DNA from: Eubacteriales bacterium
Lineage (GTDB): Bacteria; Bacillota; Clostridia; Oscillospirales; CAG-272
Assembly: GCA_045646925.1 (NCBI GenBank)
Contig: JAZRLQ010000012.1
Coordinates: 1,110 to 65,109 of the forward strand
Reading direction: 5' to 3'
DNA length: 64,000 bases
Part shown: piece by piece, positions 39,801 through 49,179 of the stretch
Layout: every line of letters begins with the position of its first letter
How positions within the stretch are numbered: position 1 is the first letter of the stretch
Program-made: the position numbers and the translations under genes
The notes under the pieces: model-generated
What the model saw: the letters and a program-made list of their open reading frames with translations, nothing else
Database searches by the model: none
What the model was told of the DNA's origin: nothing

Positions 39801-40586
39801 TCATTGCCCTCCGCGCTCCGTGCAAACGCAGACGAGCAAAGCAAGTCTTATCAACGTTGCCGTCCATCCAAAGAAAAGGAGAAAGACGTTTTCCCTTCCG
39901 GCGCCGTAGAGCATGAACAAAAAGGCGCATACCGCGGCGGCGACAGCGCCGCCAAACAAAACGAGAGGAATGCGAATCGGGTTGCAATTTGCGTTCGGTG
40001 TCGTCGCGCTTTGCAGTGTCGTCATTGAAAACAGATAAAAGATCGGTGACGGCAATACGGTGATCCACACGCACGGATCTTCTCCAAACGTACGCAGATC
40101 CAAAGCCGAAAACCTCCGAAGCACAACCCAAAGGATCAGCGGCGCAATCAGAAACGCCGTAAGCTCCGAAAAACGTCCAACCACCGTCAATCCATGCGCA
40201 CCGACGAAGACCGCAAGAAACAGTACCGCCGCCGCCACCAACGAGAGCGGCAGAAAATCCGTAAAATCATGTGTCCGACAGAAAACCGCGATCCAAATCA
40301 GAATCAGCTCCGCCGCGCCAAAGACGGAAAATATCCTCGCAAATACTCTCGCCGCCATATGCGGTCTTCCGCACGACAAAAAGGAAATCCACCTGCCCTT
40401 TTCGGAAAAATCCGTCGGCAAGCGCCGCAGATAAAGATATCCGACCGCAGAATATACGAAAGCGGAGATCAATGGGATCAGCAATGAAAGCACCGCCGTT
40501 TCCGATAGCAAAAACATACCCGAAAATACGTAAGCAAACGAGAGAAAGAAAAGCTGGAACAGAGTGATCTTTGATCTTGCGGGCAT
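39801..40586 (-). CDS. short GerAB/GerKB-like spore germination permease-type membrane protein
   Basis: About 261 aa from the ATG at 40586, which has a strong RBS AAGGAGGAAGG. The N-terminus KITLFQLFFLSFAYVFSG resembles the GerxB N-terminus. It is polytopic but about 100 aa shorter than typical GerAB and lies directly downstream of gerAA. Confidence 0.5.
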   Translation of the reverse strand: MPARSKITLFQLFFLSFAYVFSGMFLLSETAVLSLLIPLISAFVYSAVGYLYLRRLPTDFSEKGRWISFLSCGRPHMAARVFARIFSVFGAAELILIWIAVFCRTHDFTDFLPLSLVAAAVLFLAVFVGAHGLTVVGRFSELTAFLIAPLILWVVLRRFSALDLRTFGEDPCVWITVLPSPIFYLFSMTTLQSATTPNANCNPIRIPLVLFGGAVAAAVCAFLFMLYGAGRENVFLLFFGWTATLIRLALLVCVCTERGGQ

Positions 40587-40662
40587 TTTTCCTTCCTCCT
40601 TTTCTTTGCGGACGGTCACTGTACATACACAGAGAAGAAAGCGCCATTTACTCGACGGATCT

Positions 40663-42153
40663 TCACTTTTTTCCCGATGTGCGACGGATCTCCTTCCCCG
40701 TGATCGAGATCGGCGCTCTTTTCATCGCCCACAGAGGAGCCACATAGATAAAATCGCGCAATCCCCATGGGTCGATCGGCGCGAATGGACTGAGATACGG
40801 TACGCCAAAGGAGCTTTTTGCGCAGAGCATGACCGCCGCGATTGCAACGGCGGCAAAAAAGCCGAATAGGCCCAAAGCGCCCGAAACAACGATCATGAAA
40901 AAGCGGTACAGAATATTAGCATTCATATACGGAGGGATCATAAAATTGCAGACCGCGGCAAGCGCAACGACGATCAATACCGGGGCGGAGGTGATCCCCG
41001 CTTTGATCGCGCTGTCGCCCAAAATCAAGGACCCCACAAGTCCCACCGCAGAACCGACCGCCTTCGGCATACGAAGACCGACCTCCCGTACCGCTTCGAA
41101 AATAAGAAAGATCACCAACACCTCCCAGAAAAGAGAAAACGGAAGATTCTCTCTTGCCTCCGATACGGATGAGACCAGATATCCCGGCAAAACGTCCTTG
41201 TGCCGAACGAAAAGAGCCACGAAAAGAGCGGGCAAATACAACGCCACCGTATAGGAAACGAATCGGAGCAGACGGACGAAAGTCGCGTACCACGGACTTT
41301 TCGTATAATCCTCCGTCACCTGAAACGCTTCGCAGAAAAGATACGGCGCTGTCAGAACAACGGGAGAGCCGTCCACGACGATCGCCACTCTGCCCTCCGT
41401 CAGCTTTGCCGCCACCTTATCCGGTCTTTCGGAATTACCCACCGTCGGATAAAAGGGCGCTTTTCCATCCTGAATACAGATCTCCACGTATCCGGAGTCC
41501 AGAACGACGTCCGTTCGGATTTCCGAGATCCTTTTGCAAACCAGAGAAACGATTTCCTTTTTCGCGACACCTTCCATATACAAAACGGAAACGTCCGTTT
41601 TCGAGACCGTTCCCACCGTGAAGGAGAGTCTTTTGAGCTTTGCGGAATGCAAACGACGGCGCAAAAGCACGACGTTGTTTTCCCCACTTTCCGTAAAACC
41701 CTCGTGCGGTCCGCGGATCACGTTTTCCGTTTCGGGTTCTTCGGTCGAACGCCCCGTATCGTTTTTCGTAAAAACGGAAATGCCGAGAACGTCCTCGCCG
41801 AGATCGCCGAACAGAACGGCGTTGCCCGCAAGCACCGCGTCAACAGCCGACGGAAAACAATCAAGCTTCTCAATCTTGATATTGGTGATCAGGGAAGATA
41901 TCGGAATCCGCGCTTCTCCCGCCGCGTAAGCGCGGGAAATCGGCTCCAGAATATATTCGTTCATATATTCTCTCGAGCTGAAGCCGACGAAGTAAGCAAT
42001 ATAGAGCTTCTTCGTTCCAAGATCCAATTCTCTCACGGCAAAATCCGACGCGTCGGAAAACACCGAAAAAAATTCTTCCTTGATCTTTTCTGCGTCCATC
42101 GGCGAAACAACCTCTCTTGGTAACTTTGTGTTGATGATGTCTTCAGTATGCAC
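40663..42153 (-). CDS. gerAA: spore germination receptor subunit A (GerA/GerKA family)
   Basis: 496 aa. A soluble N-terminal domain is followed by 5 TM segments with PKAVGSAVGLVGSLILGDSAIKAGITSAPVLIVVALAAVCNF and a SSFGVPYLSPFAP tail. Confidence 0.88.
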   Translation of the reverse strand: MHTEDIINTKLPREVVSPMDAEKIKEEFFSVFSDASDFAVRELDLGTKKLYIAYFVGFSSREYMNEYILEPISRAYAAGEARIPISSLITNIKIEKLDCFPSAVDAVLAGNAVLFGDLGEDVLGISVFTKNDTGRSTEEPETENVIRGPHEGFTESGENNVVLLRRRLHSAKLKRLSFTVGTVSKTDVSVLYMEGVAKKEIVSLVCKRISEIRTDVVLDSGYVEICIQDGKAPFYPTVGNSERPDKVAAKLTEGRVAIVVDGSPVVLTAPYLFCEAFQVTEDYTKSPWYATFVRLLRFVSYTVALYLPALFVALFVRHKDVLPGYLVSSVSEARENLPFSLFWEVLVIFLIFEAVREVGLRMPKAVGSAVGLVGSLILGDSAIKAGITSAPVLIVVALAAVCNFMIPPYMNANILYRFFMIVVSGALGLFGFFAAVAIAAVMLCAKSSFGVPYLSPFAPIDPWGLRDFIYVAPLWAMKRAPISITGKEIRRTSGKK

Positions 42154-42298
42154 CGAACGCGCCGGAGTTATTCATGGGACGGAAATAAATTTTCGCTTAC
42201 TCGATGAATCCCCTTTTGTCTCAAAAACCATGTGAAAAGCAAACACGATCACCCCTCCAAAAATTCAACGTCCCAAAACGAAAAGCACGAAAATCTTG

Positions 42299-42327
42299 TT
42301 GACTTTTTTCGCAAAATCAAGTATAAT
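42299..42327 (+). promoter_or_regulatory. sigmaA promoter of the MFS transporter gene
   Basis: TTGACT (42299-42304), a 17-nt spacer, then TATAAT (42322-42327). Confidence 0.65.
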
Positions 42328-42390
42328 ATGCTCATAAAAGCATATCTTCGTTTCCTGAATCATTTCGCCGATCGGCAGAAAGGGATCGTT

Positions 42391-43734
42391 ATGAACCGTT
42401 TTTTCAGTAGTGTCAAAGCTTGCGTCAGACAGTGGGTTTACGTTTATAACGTAAAGGACGACCTTGGCAGAGGCAGATTCTGTATGCTCCTCTCCTCCAT
42501 CATGGCAGGGCTCGTCGGACAGCTTTCGGGAGGTCTTTTCTACACGAGCTTTCTTCTCATGTATGGACTCGACAAATCCCGTATCGGTATTCTGACGTTC
42601 ATTCCCTATATCACCTGTCTGCTCAATATATTCTCACCGATCCTGCTGGAGCATTTCAAAAAACGAAAATGGATCCTCACGGCGAGCAAGCTTTCGTATT
42701 ACGCCATCAGTATTATTGGCATTACGGTGCTTCCGATGATCGTCAAGGACCCCAACGCGCTTCTGCTTTGGTTCGTCATTCTGATCATCGTCGCGAATTC
42801 CATAAACCAGCTTTTTGCTTCGGGCTTTTCCGCATGGAACGCCAACTTTCTGCCCGATAACGTTCGCGTGGACTATTTCAACTCCGCGAGCTGCATAAAC
42901 AGCGCCATCACCTTTGCCGTCACGCTCGTCGTTTCCGCGATCGGCGACGCGCTTTCCGGCACGCCGCAGGAGCTTCCCATGCTCATCACCATCCGATTCA
43001 TCGCGTTCGTTCTCGCCATCATCGACTGCGCGATCTGGCTTATTCCGAAGGAATTCCCCTACGCAACCAAGGCAAGAACGAAATTCTCCAATATCTTCAC
43101 TCTCCCCGTCAAAAACAAGCGTTTTCTGGGCACGATCCTCATCGCCGCGTCCTACACCTTTGCGCTCAACCTGCCCAACGCAACCCTCAACGCATACATT
43201 CTCGAGGACGTGGGCATCAGCTATACGCTCTGTAACGGCATCAACGCCACCTACTTCCTTTTCTTCTTTTTCTTCTCGGGAATGTGGAAGAGGCTCATAT
43301 CCAAATGCTATTGGTTCCGCGCCTTCGCGATCGTGCTTCTCATACACGCCTCGACCTATTACGCGTACTCCTTCGTCACGGCGGATACCGTTTGGCTCTA
43401 CGTCACCGTCCGCTTCTCCCAGCACGTTCTCGGCGTTGCCACGGGTACGATCATGTCCTCGCTTCCCTACATCAACCTGCCCGACGAGGACAGAACCAAT
43501 TACCTCTCCTTCCACGCCATCGTCGCCAACCTCTCCGCCTTCTTCAGCATGATGGTCGGTACGGCGTTCACAGGTATCATGGGCGAGCGGATCGTTTCCG
43601 TTTTCGGTTATCACTTCTCATCGACGCAGATCCTGCTCTTCGCCTGCGCGTTCGCACAGTGCGTGGTCGCTCTGCTCTGCTTCGTATTCGCAAAACCGCT
43701 TACACCCCCCGAGGTCCGCAGACAAGCAAATTAA
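42391..43734 (+). CDS. MFS-type transporter (about 12 TM), substrate unknown
   Basis: About 447 aa from the ATG at 42391. It has 12 hydrophobic segments arranged 6+6. I see no specific family signature. Confidence 0.65.
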   Translation: MNRFFSSVKACVRQWVYVYNVKDDLGRGRFCMLLSSIMAGLVGQLSGGLFYTSFLLMYGLDKSRIGILTFIPYITCLLNIFSPILLEHFKKRKWILTASKLSYYAISIIGITVLPMIVKDPNALLLWFVILIIVANSINQLFASGFSAWNANFLPDNVRVDYFNSASCINSAITFAVTLVVSAIGDALSGTPQELPMLITIRFIAFVLAIIDCAIWLIPKEFPYATKARTKFSNIFTLPVKNKRFLGTILIAASYTFALNLPNATLNAYILEDVGISYTLCNGINATYFLFFFFFSGMWKRLISKCYWFRAFAIVLLIHASTYYAYSFVTADTVWLYVTVRFSQHVLGVATGTIMSSLPYINLPDEDRTNYLSFHAIVANLSAFFSMMVGTAFTGIMGERIVSVFGYHFSSTQILLFACAFAQCVVALLCFVFAKPLTPPEVRRQAN

Positions 43735-43777
43735 TCAAAAATTTTCATTGTTTTTTGTAAATATTTCAAAAAAACTA

Positions 43778-43805
43778 TTGCAAAATCGAAAAATTGTGGT
43801 ATAAT
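43778..43805 (+). promoter_or_regulatory. sigmaA promoter of rplS with a ~95-nt leader (possible L19-leader-type element)
   Basis: TTGCAA (43778-43783), a 16-nt spacer, then TGgTATAAT (43800-43805). The leader structure was not verified. Confidence 0.55.
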
Positions 43806-43901
43806 GGATTTGTTATGCACTGTCATAGCAATGAAACGGTCCGCTGCATGCTCGCATGAACGTTTTATAATCTATTATATATATTTTAGGAGGAGCCAAT
43901 C

Positions 43902-44243
43902 ATGGATAAACTTCAGGCTTTCGCAAACGAGCAGTTGAAAACAGAAATCCCCCAGTTCGAAATCGGTGATTCTGTCGTTGTACACAACAAAATTAAGGAA
44001 GGTTCCAGAGAAAGAATTCAGCTTTTCGACGGTCTTGTAATCGCAAAGAAGAACGGTGGCATCGCTGAAACCTTTACCGTTAGAAAGATCGCTTACGGTA
44101 TCGGTGTTGAAAAGACTTTCCCTCTTCACTCTCCCAACGTTGTTAAGGTTGACGTTACCCGCCGTGGTAAAGTTCGCCGTGCTAAGCTCTACTACGTTCG
44201 TGAACGCGTAGGTAAGGCTGCAAAGGTTAAGGAACTCATCTGA
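43902..44243 (+). CDS. rplS: 50S ribosomal protein L19
   Basis: 113 aa. [45 protein letters not shown]...[16 protein letters not shown]. Confidence 0.97.
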   Translation: MDKLQAFANEQLKTEIPQFEIGDSVVVHNKIKEGSRERIQLFDGLVIAKKNGGIAETFTVRKIAYGIGVEKTFPLHSPNVVKVDVTRRGKVRRAKLYYVRERVGKAAKVKELI

Positions 44244-44269
44244 TTTCCGAATCCCAAATAAGCGTAAAA

Positions 44270-44315
44270 AGCGAAGTTTTCGAGACATCTCCGGAAACTT
44301 CGCTCTTTTATTTTT
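44270..44315 (+). terminator. intrinsic terminator after rplS
   Basis: AGCGAAGTTT (44270-44279) pairs with AAACTTCGCT (44295-44304), followed by CTTTTATTTTT. Confidence 0.75.
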
Positions 44316-44443
44316 CATAGGACACAACTCTCAAATTTTCGACGAAATTTATGTGAAATTTCATGAAATTGCTTATTGAAATCTCCATTTGTTTATGTTA
44401 GAATAAAGTATATTTATCTTGTTTCAGAAAAGAGGATTATTAT

Positions 44444-45856
44444 ATGGGCGGCTTTTTTGGCGCTGTATCAAAAGAAGATTGCGTATTTGACTTGTTTTAT
44501 GGTGTAGACTACCACTCTCACCTCGGCACCCGCCGTGCAGGCATGGTCGTATACGGCAGGGAAAACGGCTTTGACAAAGCCATTCACAATATCGAAAACG
44601 CTCCCTTCCGTTCGAAATTCAAACAGGAAGCCAACGAAATGCTTGGCGAATACGGCATCGGCTGTATTTCCGATTACGAAGCGCAACCGATTCTGATCCG
44701 CTCCCATCACGGAACCTTCAGCATTACGACTGTCGGAAAGATCAACAATACGGAAGAGATAGCGGAAGCGATTCTCAAAAACCACACGCATTTCTTTGAA
44801 ATGCAGAATGGCGAGATCAACCAGACGGAGCTTGTCGCCGCCATCATCAATCAGAAAGAAAACTTCATCGAAGGCATCCAATACGCGCAGGAGATCATCG
44901 ACGGCTCTATGAGCATGCTCATCCTCACTCCGAAGGGTGTCTACGCCGTCCGTGACAAAAACGGCAGAACGCCCATCTTCATCGGTCAGAAGGAAGACGG
45001 CTTCTGCGCCAGCTCCGAAAGCTTCGCTTATCTCAATCTCGGCTACACGGACTATAAATCTCTCACCCCCGGCGAGATCGTCGTTATGAATGAAAACGGC
45101 GTCAATACGCTCGTTTGTCCCAACACCCCCATGAAGATCTGCACGTTCCTCTGGGTCTATTACGGTTATCCGTCCTCGTCCTACGAAGGCATGACCGTCG
45201 AGCAAATGCGCTATAACTGCGGCAAATGCCTCGCAAAGAGAGACAAGGGTGTCGTTGAACCCGATATCGTCGCAGGCATTCCCGACTCCGGTGTCGCACA
45301 CGCCATCGGATACGCCAACGAATCCTCCGTTGAATTTGCAAGACCCTTCGTTAAATACACGCCCACGTGGCCCCGTTCCTTCATGCCCTCGCACCAAAAC
45401 AAACGCAATCTGATCGCGAAAATGAAGCTGATCCCGATCCACGAGCTGATTCAGGGAAAGAAGCTTCTGCTCATCGACGACTCCATCGTACGAGGCACGC
45501 AGCTCGGAGAAACCGCGCAGTTCCTCTATGACAGCGGCGCAAAGGAAGTCCACATCCGCACGGGTTGTCCCCCCATTCTGTTCGGTTGCAAATATCTGAA
45601 CTTCGCCCGCTCCTCCTCCGAAATGGAACTGATCACGCGCCGTGTCATCAGCGAATTGGAAGGCAAAACGCCCACCAAGGAGATCATCCGCGAATACGTA
45701 GATCCGGACGGCGAAAAATACAAGCAGATGTCCGCAAAGATCTGCGAAAAGCTTCACTTCACCTCGCTCGGCTATCTCCGTCTTGACGATATGCTCGAGT
45801 CCACCGGCGTTGATAAAGACAAGCTCTGCACCTACTGCTGGAACGGAGAAGAATAA
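44444..45856 (+). CDS. amidophosphoribosyltransferase paralog lacking the N-terminal nucleophile Cys
   Basis: 470 aa. The PRTase core GIPDSGVAHAIGYA...LLLIDDSIVRGTQ is PurF-like. The N-terminus is MGGFFG where PurF has MCG(I/V)FG (codon 2 is GGC at 44447-44449). The C-terminus has CTYCWNG. Confidence 0.8.
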   Translation: MGGFFGAVSKEDCVFDLFYGVDYHSHLGTRRAGMVVYGRENGFDKAIHNIENAPFRSKFKQEANEMLGEYGIGCISDYEAQPILIRSHHGTFSITTVGKINNTEEIAEAILKNHTHFFEMQNGEINQTELVAAIINQKENFIEGIQYAQEIIDGSMSMLILTPKGVYAVRDKNGRTPIFIGQKEDGFCASSESFAYLNLGYTDYKSLTPGEIVVMNENGVNTLVCPNTPMKICTFLWVYYGYPSSSYEGMTVEQMRYNCGKCLAKRDKGVVEPDIVAGIPDSGVAHAIGYANESSVEFARPFVKYTPTWPRSFMPSHQNKRNLIAKMKLIPIHELIQGKKLLLIDDSIVRGTQLGETAQFLYDSGAKEVHIRTGCPPILFGCKYLNFARSSSEMELITRRVISELEGKTPTKEIIREYVDPDGEKYKQMSAKICEKLHFTSLGYLRLDDMLESTGVDKDKLCTYCWNGEE

Positions 45857-45932
45857 TTCCAAACCTCATAGCCGCCATGCCCGCTTCAATCGCGCAAGGC
45901 GGCTTATATTTATTTGTAAAGGAGCGCCCTCT

Positions 45933-46520
45933 TTGTACCGACTATATTTCAAACCCAAAAATATAAAGAAGATCCCTCTCCGTCATATACTCTTCTGGCT
46001 TCTTTTGACGGCGATTCTCGTCCTTTTATTCGCAGAAGCATTCTTTTTAGCGTCCAAACGGTTTGATTCCATCCGAGAAAAGCAAATCACCGTTGAACAG
46101 ATCGGTCTCAATGGTCGCCGCACCAAAAATCTCATCGTATACGAAGAAGATCAAGCCTATTACATGAGTACCGGCTCTTTTCGCGCCCGCGCCTCCGTGA
46201 AGAAGATAAGTGAGGCTTGGGAAAATGGCACGATATCATCGGGAGATACGGTCACCATCCAATACGTCGACGAGAGCCATGTTCCCTTCCGCTCGTATCG
46301 TTATCAAAATCTGATCGTCAGTCTGCAAACGGAGGATACCGTTTATTACGAGCTTGATACCGCAAAAAAGATAGCCGCGGAAAACCGTGCCGTCACGATC
46401 ATCCTCTTTTTTCTGATCCTTTTCTTCTGGTTGATCGTGACGAACGTCTTCACGCTTTTTGCATACGATATCGTCGGCAGAAGGAAGCCGACCAAACGCG
46501 AACGAAAAAAATCGAAATAA
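45933..46520 (+). CDS. hypothetical bitopic membrane protein
   Basis: About 195 aa from the TTG at 45933, with AAGGAG 7 nt upstream. An N-terminal TM, a ~130-aa soluble domain, a C-terminal TM and a basic tail are present. No family recognised. The track start at 45783 would overlap the purF-like gene. Confidence 0.45.
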   Translation: MYRLYFKPKNIKKIPLRHILFWLLLTAILVLLFAEAFFLASKRFDSIREKQITVEQIGLNGRRTKNLIVYEEDQAYYMSTGSFRARASVKKISEAWENGTISSGDTVTIQYVDESHVPFRSYRYQNLIVSLQTEDTVYYELDTAKKIAAENRAVTIILFFLILFFWLIVTNVFTLFAYDIVGRRKPTKRERKKSK

Positions 46521-46676
46521 CCTCCAATTCCCGCGCCGCTATGTCCTCCATCGGCGCATTTTCCCATCACACAAAAAATTTTCAAAAAAATTCAAAAACT
46601 ACCTAACGTTTCCTACGCTTCACAGACTATACAGATGAAAGCCATTGATCAATCGCTTACATTCAGGAGTAATAAC

Positions 46677-48305
46677 ATGAAAAAACAAGAATTGCTGAAA
46701 TATCTGGACAGCGAGCTTTTGGAAAAGCTCTACGGCTTCTGCTACGCGCGCACGAGCAATAGCCACGAAGCAGAGGACCTTTGCTCCGATATCGTCTACA
46801 AGCTGGTATCTGTCGCCCGTACGGAAGGCGAGATCGAAAGCGTTTATTCTTTCATCTGGAAAGTCGCGCGAAACGTTTACGCCGATTTTCTGACGAAAAA
46901 AGGCAGACACGCCGAGCTTTTCTGGGACGGTGACGCAGACGAGATCCTACCGTTCGTCGCAGACGAGGAGAATGACGATGACAGAGAAGCTCTGCTTTCG
47001 GCGGTATACCGACGCATCGCCTTTTTGACGAAGGCTTACAGAGAGGTCATGATCCTTTTCTATCTGGACGGACTTTCCGCAACAGAGATCGCAAAAAGGC
47101 AAAGCACCAGCGAGACCGCCGTTCGCCAAAGACTCTTTTCAGCAAGACAAAAGATAAAAAGTGAGGTAGAAGAAATGAAAGAAGCTTATAATAAACCCGT
47201 AGCACTTGAAAATATCGATTACGTGATCTGGGGAACCGGAAGTCCCCAGTGGGGCGATCCCCGAGACAACTTCCAAAGACAGTTTTCCAAGCATATCGTT
47301 TGGCTTTGTCACAAAAAGCCAATGAGCGCCGCAGAAATCGCGGAAGAGCTGAACGTGCCCACCCTTTACGTGGAAGAAGAGCTTGAGCTTCTCCGCAAGG
47401 GCGCAAACGGCAAATACGGTCTGCTCCGCCGTCTTGACAACGGAAAATACGCCATCAACTTCATTCTCTTTGACAAGGATACCATTGAAAAGGCGCAGGC
47501 GCTCTACACGGAGCATCTCCCCCTCGTCTGCGACATCATCACGGATTACATTGAGAAGCACAAGGAAGAATACCTTTCCTTCCCCTATCTCAACCATAAA
47601 GTCGATTGGAATCTCGTTCTGTGGCAACAGATCTTCTCCATTGCCTATTGCTTTTCGGGCTGTGTCAAAAACGTGCTGAAAACGAAATATTTTAACGGCA
47701 CCGAATTCCCGGACCGTCCCTTCAGCGTATACGGCTACGTCGATAACGGCCAATATTGGGGCGGCGGTTGGGACGGCGTCAACGCGAAAAACGTCTGGGG
47801 CTTTTCCAATATCCATCTCGATAACATCTATATCAAGCGCATCAAAGCACATTTCCATTGTGGGTTGAACGTATCCAATGACGTTCAGATCCAGCTCGCG
47901 CTCCGCGCCATCGAGGGACTTGACGTTTCCTCCCTTTCCGAGGATGAAAAGGAATACGCGGCAAAAGCCATCGCGCAGGGTTATCTCTACCGCGAGGGCG
48001 ACACGCTCTACACGAAGATCCTCGTGAACACCATGGCTGACGGAGAGCGCCTCTTCGAGATCACGGACGGACTGAAAAAAGGTTATTTTGAAAAAGAGGC
48101 TGATCTCATCGCAGAAAAGATCGCTGACCTCATCAAAAAATCCGTCCCCGACTATCTGATCGGAGAGTGGAGACTTGCCAACAGTCTGGCAAGCATGCCG
48201 ATCCTCGACTCCGTCGTCGAGGTCCTCATCGAAAAAGGCATCCTCACCCCGCCCGAAAACGGAATCGGCGCGGAAGGCTGCTGGATGAGCGTTGAAAAAA
48301 CATAA
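46677..48305 (+). CDS. sigma-70 family (ECF-type regions 2 and 4) sigma factor fused to a ~370-aa C-terminal domain
   Basis: About 542 aa from the ATG at 46677 (RBS AGGAG). Region 2 is EAEDLCSDIVYKLV...FIWKVARNVYADF. Region 4 is YLDGLSATEIAKRQSTSETAVRQRLFSARQKIK. A second HTH-like segment (MSAAEIAEELNVPTLYVEEELELLRKG) follows, then a long soluble domain with no TM. Confidence 0.72.
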   Translation: MKKQELLKYLDSELLEKLYGFCYARTSNSHEAEDLCSDIVYKLVSVARTEGEIESVYSFIWKVARNVYADFLTKKGRHAELFWDGDADEILPFVADEENDDDREALLSAVYRRIAFLTKAYREVMILFYLDGLSATEIAKRQSTSETAVRQRLFSARQKIKSEVEEMKEAYNKPVALENIDYVIWGTGSPQWGDPRDNFQRQFSKHIVWLCHKKPMSAAEIAEELNVPTLYVEEELELLRKGANGKYGLLRRLDNGKYAINFILFDKDTIEKAQALYTEHLPLVCDIITDYIEKHKEEYLSFPYLNHKVDWNLVLWQQIFSIAYCFSGCVKNVLKTKYFNGTEFPDRPFSVYGYVDNGQYWGGGWDGVNAKNVWGFSNIHLDNIYIKRIKAHFHCGLNVSNDVQIQLALRAIEGLDVSSLSEDEKEYAAKAIAQGYLYREGDTLYTKILVNTMADGERLFEITDGLKKGYFEKEADLIAEKIADLIKKSVPDYLIGEWRLANSLASMPILDSVVEVLIEKGILTPPENGIGAEGCWMSVEKT

Positions 48306-48321
48306 TATAGGCGCATAAACG

Positions 48322-48363
48322 ATACCGCCGAAGAGCTCCTAGGACCTCTTCGGCGGTATTTTG
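48322..48363. terminator. bidirectional terminator between the sigma-fusion gene and sigK
   Basis: A 14-bp stem ATACCGCCGAAGAG/CTCTTCGGCGGTAT (48322-48359) is followed by a T-run. Confidence 0.75.
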
Positions 48364-48366
48364 TCT

Positions 48367-49065
48367 TTATAACGGTAAGCGTTCCAGATTTTTTGCGATC
48401 TTTTCAAGCGCGGCTTTTTCGATGCGTGACACATAGGAACGGGAAATACCGAGATAGTCCGCGGCTTCCCGTTGTGTGATCGGCTTTCTGCCGCTAAGAC
48501 CGTAACGCAAAACGATGATCTCCCGCTCTCTCGGCTCGAGAACGCGGTTGACGATCTCCACGACACGACGGCTCTGCAGCTTTCTGTCAAGATCCTCCGC
48601 AATGGTGTCATCCACGCTGATGATATCGCTGTAGGTCAGCGGCGCGCCGTCCTTATCGGTATCGATCGTCTCACTGATGGAGACCTCATAGGAGAGCTTC
48701 TTGCGCGAGCGGAAATGCATAAGGATCTCGTTTTGCAGACATTTCGCCGCGTAGGTCGCAAATCTCGCACCGTTTTTACTGTCAAAGGAATCGATCGCCT
48801 TAATGAGCCCGATCGTACCGATGGAAATAAGATCATCCTGATCCACGCCCGAGGCGTAGTACTTCTTGACGATATGGGCGACCAGTCGCAAATTGTGGCG
48901 GATCAGCTTCTCCCTCGCGTCTTTGTCACCCTCGCGCATTTTGCGAAAGCATTCCGCTTCCTCATCGGCGGAAAGCGGAGGAGGAAAGCTCTGCGAATAC
49001 GAAACCTTCAAAAACAGATAGAGAAAATTGGACATCAAAAGGGACAACAGATAACCCATCATCAT
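48367..49065 (-). CDS. sigK: sporulation sigma factor K (pro-sigma-K, uninterrupted)
   Basis: 232 aa. A hydrophobic pro-sequence is followed by SFPPPLSADEE. HNLRLVAHIVKKY, DLISIGTIGLIKAIDSF, ATYAAKCLQNEILMHFR and region 4 GISRSYVSRIEKAA resemble SigK more than SigE. Confidence 0.85.
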   Translation of the reverse strand: MMMGYLLSLLMSNFLYLFLKVSYSQSFPPPLSADEEAECFRKMREGDKDAREKLIRHNLRLVAHIVKKYYASGVDQDDLISIGTIGLIKAIDSFDSKNGARFATYAAKCLQNEILMHFRSRKKLSYEVSISETIDTDKDGAPLTYSDIISVDDTIAEDLDRKLQSRRVVEIVNRVLEPREREIIVLRYGLSGRKPITQREAADYLGISRSYVSRIEKAALEKIAKNLERLPL

Positions 49066-49094
49066 CTTCCTTTCCGAAACATATTTAACAAATA

Positions 49095-49123
49095 AGGGAA
49101 CCTCCGAAAATCAGAGGTTCCCT
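49095..49123 (-). terminator. intrinsic terminator after the GH2 gene
   Basis: AGGGAACCTC (49095-49104) pairs with GAGGTTCCCT (49114-49123). The minus strand continues with TATTTGTT. Confidence 0.6.
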
Positions 49124-49179
49124 ATAATATATTCGGAATACGGAAAATCTTGACGATTTTTCCACAATTAAGAGGAAAA

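Noticed and set aside
44316-44443. A purine or ZTP riboswitch upstream of the purF-like gene.
   Set aside because: The region is AT-rich with none of the conserved cores (no GGGUCGUGAC..CCGCCUGGGCA and no purine-aptamer junction).
48367-49065. A skin-like intervening element splitting sigK.
   Set aside because: The ORF is continuous from the pro-sequence through region 4.2 (232 aa), so there is no interruption.
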